DNA of 64,000 bases, taken from positions 46,996,001-47,060,000 of the forward strand of contig OX597829.1 of NCBI GenBank assembly GCA_951406725.2, written 5' to 3'. Positions 55,030 to 64,000 of the stretch are shown here, piece after piece. The DNA is from Octopus vulgaris. Its lineage: Eukaryota. The translations under genes and the position numbers were made by a program. Positions within the stretch are counted from its first letter, which is position 1. Each line of letters starts with the position of its first letter. A model generated the notes under the pieces. That model did not search any database. It was not told where the DNA came from and saw only the letters and a program-made list of their open reading frames with translations.

Positions 55030-55405
55030 TGTTGCCTTTGCACAGTTTCTAACGCTACAGTGTCAGCTGTTCACTACCAATGAAATAAGGTAACACCCCT
55101 TATTTTTCGAGCACCTTCCGGAGTATTCGAGCGGTTCCAAGCAGTGCTGTTTTCTGCAAGTGCTACACCCTTATTGCAGCCCTTATTTGTTCCATGTACT
55201 TCTCGAGAATTTTGCTCACTATTCCCAGGGCTCCGACAATTATTGGTACTACTGCTACCTTTTTCATCGACCACAACTGCTTAACTTCCCAAGCTAACTT
55301 GTCATATCTATCGACTTTTCTTTCTTCCTTATCGCATACCTTGTTGTCAGCTGTGCATGCTATATATATGACCCAGTATCATTTGCTTTCTTCCTCAATT
55401 GATAC
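55030..55405 (-). mobile_element. R4/Dong-type LINE 3' fragment
   Basis: KVDRYDKLAWEVKQLWSMKKVAVVPIIVGALG..HLQKTALLGTARILRKVLEK* (stop 55100-55102); trinucleotide tail. Confidence 0.8.
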
Positions 55406-55594
55406 CATGTATGGTTTCATGGAAGTAAGATGGTCAGGCGCCTGTAGGATGGAAGATTTCAAAGATAAAGCGCTATACAAGGACTTGAGAATGAAAGAAA
55501 CTGAAAAATAGGTGGATAATGAAAAGAATGCACGAACAATTTCATAGGGATGTTGATAATACAGAGAAAACATTATTATTATTATTACTATTAT

Positions 55595-56107
55595 TCAGTA
55601 GTTTTATTTTTATAGCGTGCTTTCACTTCACTACCGAGCGCAGCTCTGTGTGCCTTGGGTATGTGCTGTGATTTGTTGTGATGCTCTGATGGTTATTGTA
55701 TGGAAAGTGTTCTGCGTAGGATGTGTGCAATGCCTAGTAGTGCAAGTTTCTGTATGTTATATGTGTTTGTAAGTCCTGGTGTTTTTGTTATGTATTTGTC
55801 TGAATATTTTTTTATCATGCCTAATGCACCTACTATGATAGGAATTGTTTCTGTTTTCAGGTTCCACATTCTAGTTACCTCTATTTCCAGGTCTTTGTAT
55901 TTTGAGAGTTTCTCCATTTCTTTTAGAGACACGTTGTCATCTGCCGGTATTGATACATCAATTAGAAAGCATTTTTTTCTTCATGATCTCTGACAACTAT
56001 ATCTGGTCTGTTGGCCTTAATTTCTCTATCTGTGTGTATCGGCATATCCCAGAGTATGGTTGCTTTCTCGTTTTCTGTGACCTTTTCTGGTGTGTGCCTA
56101 TACCATC

Positions 56108-56108
<1 letters not shown>
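55595..56108 (-). mobile_element. 5'-truncated R4/Dong-type LINE (RLE domain plus 3' UTR) between (TAA)n tracts
   Basis: WYRHTPEKVTENEKATILWDMPIHTDREIKANRPDIVV..KEMEKLSKYKDLEIEVTRMW..PIIVGALG..LQ/IQKLALLGIAHILRRTL; (TTA)n on both flanks. Confidence 0.9.
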
Positions 56109-56193
<85 letters not shown>

Positions 56194-56380
56194 TTGGTTT
56201 GGCTCAGGTTCGGCCTTATTACTGACAAGAATTATGTGTATAGTGGGTTACTACCTATAGCCTTAGGTATCCACAAGTATTCAGCAGTCTTTCATGTGCT
56301 TGCAATCCACTGATAGTTGATTGTTGTTGCTGCTGCTGTTGTTGGTGTTGTTGTTGTTGTTGTTCTTCTTCTTCTTCTTC

Positions 56381-56423
<43 letters not shown>

Positions 56424-56424
56424 G

Positions 56425-56478
<54 letters not shown>

Positions 56479-56974
56479 TCAAGATCATTCTAAATGAGTG
56501 ACCTTTCTAATATTGGTGCCGTTACAATTACCATAAATCTGTTTATAATTAGTATCTTGCAGATAGTCAAAATGTGTTAGAATTTAAGAGAACATTCTAC
56601 GAGTCATTTCTCTTTCAATTGCATGCTGCAGGAGGAATGTTGATGCCAATAATGAGAGGGTAGTATTTCAACTAGGATGAAATACAAGATGTGGCAAAAT
56701 TAATGTAAAGTTTGCAGAATCAGATAAAAAGACATCTACACCAATGATGATTACAATTAATTAACTAATTATTTTCACAAATAATTATTAAAACGTCTTT
56801 TAATTACGTCTCAAAGCTGTAAATATCAACGTGTAAATACAATATATTTATTGATATTATTTTTTTCTTATTTGTTTAGCGTTAGTATATTCGAGCGAAA
56901 TGCTGTCTTCAGTTCTAGGGTTAATTATAGTTATATTGTTGACTGATGTTTAATATATAAATTTTTATTGTTGC

Positions 56975-56976
<2 letters not shown>

Positions 56977-57068
<92 letters not shown>

Positions 57069-57181
57069 CATCCATCCATCCATCCATACATACATACATC
57101 TATCTATCTATCTATATATCCATCCATCCATCCATCCATCCATCCATCTATCTATCTATCTATTTATCCATCCATCCATCC

Positions 57182-57220
<39 letters not shown>

Positions 57221-57308
57221 CATCCATCCATCCATCCATCCATCCATCCATCCATCCATCCATCCATCCATCCATCCATCCATCCATCCATCCATCCATC
57301 CATCCATC

Positions 57309-57372
<64 letters not shown>

Positions 57373-57400
57373 ATATATATATATATATATATATATCTAC
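56977..57400. repeat. (TATC)n(CATC)n microsatellite
   Basis: Direct reading. Confidence 0.95.
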
Positions 57401-57783
57401 CTATTTATAGATGTGTATGTATGCAAGTATGTATGTATATAGATGTGTATGTATGCAAGTATGTATGTATGTATATATATAGTTCAAATTTGCAAAAGAC
57501 GAAGACAAGAGAAGGGTCAACAACGGGTGTATTTGCTTAACGCTCGGGAAGAATGGAAAAGCCTTTGACGTTTCGAGTCTACGCTATTCAACACTAAGGC
57601 TTGAGCAAAAATTAAAAAAAACGGGGTGAGAACGCAAAAAAAAATGTGTGAATTGTGAAGTAAGTAATCCATTAGTGTTGTGGTACAAATATAAAAATGA
57701 TTCATCAGAAGATTACAAATCTCATGCAAAAAATGTAGATTCCCTGAGAGGGAAATAGCATTCAACGTTGATATATCATTCTG

Positions 57784-57965
57784 TATTTCGTCTGCCGTTA
57801 CGTTCTGAGTTCAAATTCCGCCGAGGTCGACTTTGCCTTCCATCATTTCGGGGTCGATAAATAAAGTACCAGTTACGCACTGGAGTCGATGTAATCGACT
57901 TAATCCGTTTGTCTGTCCTTGTTTGTCCCCTCTGTGTTTGGCCCCTTATGGGTAGTAAAGAAATA
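57784..57965 (+). mobile_element. SINE group C, headless unit nested in the Helitron
   Basis: Flanking duplication ATATCATTCTGTATT. Confidence 0.85.
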
Positions 57966-58702
57966 TATATCATTCTGTATTGGTTGATATTGAAGATCGC
58001 ATTGTCTCAATGGGAGAGGAGGAGCTCAGAAATTTTGGCTTACCTGGAACTCATTGAAATGAGGTGAATAATTTCATCACAGAAGTTTTGCGAAAAAATT
58101 CTTATAATATTGATTCATTAACAAAATTCCTTGAACAAAATGTCCCGAAACTTTTGCTAGACCAATAACTTGTATATACAACAATTATTGACCAAGCGAC
58201 TCATAAGAGAGGAGGAATATATTTTCTAGACGCACCAGGAGGAACTTGAAAAACTTTTGTTTCAAATTTAGTGTTAGCCAAAGTCTGGCAGAAAAAGGAA
58301 ATAACCTTAGCTGTAGCGAGCGCTGGAATGGCTGCGACTTTACTCCCAGGAGGTCGAACAGCTCGCGCAGCATTCAAGCTGCCATTCAATCTAACTTCAA
58401 ATGTTGAACCTGTCTGCATGTTAGTAAAAGTTCTTTACCTCATGTTCTCATGAAATTTTCTTTGATCATATGGGACAAAGCTATAATGTTCCATAAAAGA
58501 TCAGTAGAAGCTTTTAACAGAATTCTGCAGGAGTTGCACAATTCCAATTGTTTGATGCGAGGTGTGATAGTAGTACTTTCAGGTGATTTCAGACAAACTT
58601 TACCAGTGATTCCCGGGGGAACAAAGGCGGATGGATTGAAAACATGTTTGAAATCTTCTATTTTATAGAAACATATCAAAGTTTTAAAACTTTCTACAGA
58701 TA

Positions 58703-59107
58703 CTCCTTTACTCCTTTACTCCTTTACTTGTTTCAGTCATTTGACTGCGGCCATGCTGGAGCACCGCCTTTAATCGAGCAACTCGACCCCGGGACTTATT
58801 CTTTTGTAAGCCCAGTACTTATTCTATCGGTCTCTTTTGCCGAACCGCTAAGTAACGGGGACATAAACACACCAGCATCGGTTGTCAAGCAATGCTAGGG
58901 GGACAAACACAGACACACACACGCATATATATATACATATATACGACGGGCTTCTTTCAGTTTCCATCTACCAAATCCACTCACAAGGCTTTGGTCGGCC
59001 CGGGGCTATAGTAGAAGACACTTTCCCAAGGTGCCACGCAGTGGAACTGCACCCGGAACCATGTGGTTGATTAGCAAGCTACTTACCACACAGCCACTCC
59101 TGCGCCT
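58703..59107 (-). mobile_element. SINE group B nested in the Helitron helicase
   Basis: Splits the helicase reading frame. Confidence 0.9.
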
Positions 59108-60339
59108 AATACGGGGGCGATTTGCATGTGAATCACCTGGCGGAACAATTTTTCCATACTATTTTGCAACATGGCGAAGGAACGCTAGACATTAATCATG
59201 ACGGTGACTTGAATCCATCAAAAATCGGCACCTTGGTCAACTCGGTTGAGGAACTTATTGAAAAAGTTTCTCTACGTATAATTTCAAATCACATAAATGC
59301 TGCTTGCTTGTACAAAAGAGCAATCGTGGCACCAAAGAACGTTACTGTGAATAACTTAAATGAAAGACTCGAGAAACTTTTACCAGGAAACGAACGTACT
59401 TACAAATCTATAGACTCTGTCGTGAATGAATCGGAAAAAGTCAATTACCTGTTTGAGTTCTTAAACTCACTGCAGTTACCAGGAGCTCCGCCTTATTGCT
59501 TTCAATTGAAAATAGGCATTCCAACCATACTTCTGCGTAACCTTTCTCAACCAAAGCTGAGCAATGACACAAGACTTGTCAAGAAATAAATGAGAAATGT
59601 CGCACAGGCCACGATAATTTCTAGCTGCGGAAAAGGAAAAGGTGAAGATGCTTTTATTCCTCGCTTCCCTTTTTAATACCTTCCAATATGTCCTTCGAGT
59701 TCGAATGACTTCAATTTCCAATACGTCTGTCTTTTGCGATGTCAATTAATAAGTCACAAGGTCATACTTTGAAAGTTGCTGGTTTGCAATTAGAGGAAGA
59801 CTGTTTCTTACACGGTCAGTTATATGCGGGGACATCCAGAATGGGGAGCAAGAACAATCTTTTCATTTTGGCCCCTACAAGTAAAACCTGAAACATTGTC
59901 TATAAGGAAGTTTACACAATGGGATCAACAAAATAAATTTGTAGGATGATTAATAACTTTGAATTTATATCGTCTAAGAAAGGACATTTGTATTTTTGTC
60001 TATTGTAATATTTAACTCCAATAAATAATAGTACATATATTTTTAGTTTTCCCCCAACTTTATTTACTTATCTTGTACTACACATAAGCCAAATTCTCTG
60101 TGAGGTTTGCTTCACTTATAGACTGAAATACTATAGATCATAGATCAAGAGTTTATGTGCACCTATCATAATATTGGCCAGAAGAAAACAGCTCTATCGT
60201 CTACAAGAAAGTTAACAATAATTTCTTATATATGCTCAATACAATCTAAGTGAATAACTTTCAATATTCATATGACAATTTTGGCAGCTTTTTTCAACAC
60301 AGTCAATGACAGGTATTTCTGCTAATGTGTGTGTATAGA

Positions 60340-60513
60340 TCGGTAGCCACTACACACATTTTTTCTCTCCTTGTTTTTTCTGTGTCTCTTTCTGTAGAAG
60401 AGCGTAGGCTCGAAACGTAAAAGTCTTTTTCAATTCCTGAGCGTTATACTAATACATCTGTTTGTTTTCTACACCACCTGTCTTTGTCTTTTGTTTTTTC
60501 GTGAATTCTCCCT
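60340..60513 (+). mobile_element. Second pLTR-like family copy with variant hammerhead (60388-60423)
   Basis: CTTT CTGTAGA A GAGC gtag GCTC GAAAC GTA AAAG; ends in (TA)n. Confidence 0.55.
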
Positions 60514-60764
60514 ATATATATATATACTTTTTTTTCCCTTCTACCTGCGTGGTTTGCTTTTGAGTGCTTCGGTTTCTCTGGGATCTCCCTTTAAAGTAGA
60601 AAGAATAGCCAAGAATTTGACTGCTATTTCTAAACTTCAGTATGTGGTGACGCAAATCGTTTGCTGATCCCTAATTATTTAGTATTACTTAAATTACCAT
60701 GAATTCTACTTGGTGAAATTAATGATTACTTCGTAATTAATTAATTTCACCCTTTTGTTATTAC

Positions 60765-60805
<41 letters not shown>

Positions 60806-61061
60806 ATCAAGAAGAAATAGATCATAGGATACACAGTAGAAGTATACTGAGAAAGAATAAACTAAATCAAAACAGAGTAGTAAACATGGGTAAAACAGAC
60901 CAAAATACTAATGTACATCCATATTGCGATAACAAAGAAGTAAACTTATACACATTACACATTAAACCTAATAAAAGAAGCACGAATTATAATAGAAATA
61001 GGAAATATAAAAATAATGTTGTTATTGACAAAATTAATAACTTGAAATCTGATGATGATTT

Positions 61062-61160
<99 letters not shown>

Positions 61161-61569
61161 TATATCTTGTATAAAACCCACCAATATAAACACAGGGAAT
61201 TATTATACTAATAATAAAGTAGTTGATAATATTATCTGGCTAATCTTGCTAAACAAATAAAAACGAATTTAATTAAAGTTATGCAAAGACTAATAAATAA
61301 ATACTTCACTTCTAATAAAATACATGATATTATTAAAAATAAATTTATAAGATTTGGCTTTCAATAACTAAAATTTTATTTAGATATACATCTTCAATTA
61401 AAAGTAAAAAAAAAATTGATTATTTTTACGAGAATCGTAAAACTAATATTTCTCCAAGAAACAGCATACATAATACATCTAGCAAGAGTAATTGTGAAGA
61501 TTATAGGTTTAACGGTCAAGGGGAAATAACCGTCAATAAACCTCATCTTTTAGTTAATACCAAAGATAA

Positions 61570-61979
61570 TCTGAAGAAATTATGTGATTGTAAGGTTAAA
61601 GAAAAATGCAAATTAAATAATTATTGCAAGCGTAAGAATCTGGTATACCAAGCTATCATAGACGCAGAAGGTAAAAATCACTTCTATATCAGATCAACAG
61701 AATATTTTGTGAAAACTAGTATTGCTAATCACGAGAGTGCTTTTCAGAAATCGCTTCAAACGCAATAACCCAAGCCTTAGCAAATTCATTTGGAGATTAA
61801 AAGATAGCAATATTAGTTTTAAGATTAGATGGAAAATTTTAAGTTTTACAAAATGTTCCCTCTGTGCAAATGAATGCTACAGTATTCTATTTTCTAAACA
61901 TCAATTATTGTATGAGAGGGTTGAAAACGTTTCGGCCTGTTTACATGCACCTAAATATCTATTTTCCAAATATGATTAA
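61570..61979 (+). pseudogene. GIY-YIG endonuclease domain of a Penelope-like (Neptune-type) element, frameshifted
   Basis: Cys-rich linker, VYQA..FYIRSTE (GIY-YIG like), LSKFIW, C-terminal CxLC..CxH pattern. Confidence 0.7.
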
Positions 61980-62355
61980 AGATTCCTCAGTTATTATTAT
62001 AGATAAATAATAGATTAGATATATTCTCTAGGAACCAGTAAACATTTCTTTACTGTTATTAAGTAGATGACTAGATATATTGGTTAATATCAGATTTAGG
62101 TATCTCATCTAAGAATCATTAAATATTTATTTAATATCATTATTAAATAGAAGACCAGATATATCTGTAAATATTTCAGTAGGAAAATACACTACTGTAT
62201 TATAGATATTACGATTCAATATATTTAATTTTTAGAAATATATACATATAATTACTTATATGTATATATAAATATATACATACCAAATGGTCGTTTCTAG
62301 ATTAATGCATATTTTTATCTACCCCTTTTGATGTTTGGGAATCTCTGATGTTTTT

Positions 62356-62439
62356 TCGGCTGACGAGTACGAGCCATCTATATTTACTGCATTTTTTGTA
62401 GCTTATTAAAGATGTCCTTGTACGAAACGATCGTACCGA
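62356..62439 (+). ncRNA. Type I hammerhead motif with canonical core in the PLE 3' pLTR
   Basis: TCGG CTGACGA GTACGAG-c-CATCT...AGATG-tc-CTTGTAC GAAAC GATC GTA CCGA; palindromic stem III ACGATCGT. Confidence 0.75.
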
Positions 62440-62906
62440 TATTTTAATCCATTCTTGTTGCTTTTTTCCTATTTGTAATCACCCCACTTGTCATATGGTT
62501 AACACCATATAGATTTCCGGTGCATCCTAGTTAAGGACCATATTCATGTGAATTCATTAGAATTCACTTGAATCTCAATTACTTAAACCGTATATATACA
62601 CACACACATACATATACATACATACATGCATACATAAATACATACATACATACACACACATATATATATATATATATAATAAATCATTTATTAGTATTTC
62701 AGTTAATAGAAATAAAGGATATTTTACATTAGTATACATAATTCTAACGTAAGCATATCGTATTTCAAACATTTAATATATATGTAAGATTAGCTTATTT
62801 ATTTAATTATATCTAGTTGTATTACTGTTGTATAGTGAAACTACACCCCTCCCGTAAAAAGTGATAGTAGCCAGCCATTATAAATAGACCAGCAACAGGT
62901 CAGAAT

Positions 62907-63150
62907 GTGGAGGCGCAATGGCCCAGTGGTTAGCGCAGCAGACTCGCGGTGGGAGGATCGCAGTTTCGATTCCCAGACCGGGCGTTGTGTGTGTTTATTG
63001 AGCGAAAACACCTAAAAGCTTCACGAGGTTCCGGCAGGGGGTGGTGGCGACCCCTGTTGTACTCTTCCTGTTTCTTGAGTAACGCTGCGATGGACTGGCG
63101 TCACAGAAACCGGGCCCATGTGTCTGGCTAGGCTTGAAAAGGGCAACGTT
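62907..63150 (+). mobile_element. SINE group A (body 1, tail 2), internally deleted
   Basis: Homology to 25986-26303. Confidence 0.8.
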
Positions 63151-63380
63151 AGACGTTAGCAGATCAGAAGGTTGTGGGTACGTGTAGACTGTGTTGATTG
63201 TTGTGTCTGTACTGGTATAGTAATCATACTGTGGTAGTGAACGTTATAATGATCCAACCATTTGAGGACTGGCAGTCGTACAGTCGTACAGTGCCAGAAT
63301 GAAAGAGAGTATGTATGTATGTGTGTGAGTGTGTTTGTATGTGTGTGCTTATGTTCTGTTAAAATTAAAATAATTTTACA

Positions 63381-63809
63381 CTAGCAGTATAGCCCGGCAT
63401 TGCTCGGGTTTGTTTTTTAGTTGTGCTTAAAACGGCAGACTTTGATGTCGCGTTAACAAAGTTTTGACATAACTTCAAACTTTTTTAGAAAAGTAAAAAT
63501 TTTGCATTGTGTAGCTTAAGAGAACATTTTTTCTGGTTGAAATACACCGAAAAATGGCGACACAGCAGTCAAAAAATCCTAAAAAATAGGGATTTTCATA
63601 GAAAAAATGCACCTTTTTGATGTAAATAATTGTTGGTCTTTACATGGTTCGATTTGAATTTTTTCTTCTACGGAAGGAAGAGCCAGCCTTCTTCTATCAT
63701 ACTCTCAAATCTGGTCAACTTACGCCGCAGGGTCTCGGAGGAGATACTGTTAGTTGAAGGCTACCAAACCTGCCACACACATAGACAGCTTCAGCTTTAT
63801 ATGTATAGA
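63381..63809 (-). mobile_element. Non-autonomous Helitron with related termini and a different body
   Basis: CTAGCAGTATAGCCCGGCATTGCTCGGG at left; ..GCTTTATATGTATAGA at right; A|T target. Confidence 0.8.
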
Positions 63810-64000
63810 TTAATCTGACGAGTTGCTCTATACCTTTGTAGAGCACACATTTATTGTTCTTTAAAAAAAAAACAGAATATTATTGAGGACACCGATATTG
63901 CGGCCAGCGAAGCCAACCTACAATAAGTTTCCTGTTAATTTACGTGAATGCATTTTTTAATATGGTGCCGAAACACCGGCAGTAACCATGTATTTCATAA

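Larger units (their letters stand above)
57650..59920 (+). pseudogene. Helitron Pif1-family helicase pseudogene
   Basis: FFLDAPGGT*KTF (Walker A), [75 protein letters not shown]; stops and frameshifts; interrupted at 57784-57965 and 58703-59107. Confidence 0.92.
57650..60325 (+). mobile_element. 5'-truncated, decayed autonomous-type Helitron
   Basis: Pif1-like helicase remnants; decayed 3' end ..GTATTTCTGCTAA|T at ~60325 resembling the intact ends of the small Helitrons; two SINEs nested. Confidence 0.8.
60810..62560 (+). mobile_element. Decayed Penelope-like element 3' portion (linker, GIY-YIG endonuclease, pLTR); ends approximate
   Basis: Fragmented translation IIWL..INKYFTSNKIHDIIKNKFIRFGF..CDCKVKEKCKLNNYCKRKNLVYQAII..FYIRSTE..LSKFIWRLKD..IRWKIL..CSLCANEC..SACLH; downstream hammerhead. 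Confidence 0.75.

Noticed and set aside
18450-56108. Minus-strand bias of LINE remnants as a sign of an enclosing + strand gene
   Set aside because: Too few elements, and SINEs lie on both strands
58000-59920. Host PIF1 gene
   Set aside because: Intronless, multiple stops and frameshifts, Helitron-type upstream motifs and 3' end
63812-63990. CTGACGA and a distant GCCGAAAC as a hammerhead
   Set aside because: The core and the candidate stem II do not connect; truncated by the window end

Overview
AT-rich, microsatellite-saturated eukaryotic DNA with no recognisable host exon. It is probably an intron or intergenic region of a coleoid cephalopod (Octopus-like; inferred from the SINE families and SSR load). 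Almost all long ORFs in the track are translated microsatellites. Real content: three tRNA-derived SINE groups (about 30 copies, some in tandem arrays, some with swapped tails); a full-length but broken mariner (41352-42641); a decayed Helitron helicase (57650-59920) plus three ~400-bp non-autonomous Helitrons; four R4/Dong-type RLE LINE remnants; an RTE LINE remnant; a Penelope-like GIY-YIG remnant; and several MITEs. Headline: 7590-8987 is a tandem plus inverted array of a 363-bp, highly self-complementary unit, each copy carrying a type I hammerhead ribozyme motif with a variant CCGAUGA core. This is a candidate retrozyme (viroid-like circular RNA). About ten further dispersed hammerhead-like motifs occur, one directly downstream of the Penelope-like endonuclease. 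All calls were made by eye; no searches or folding were run.
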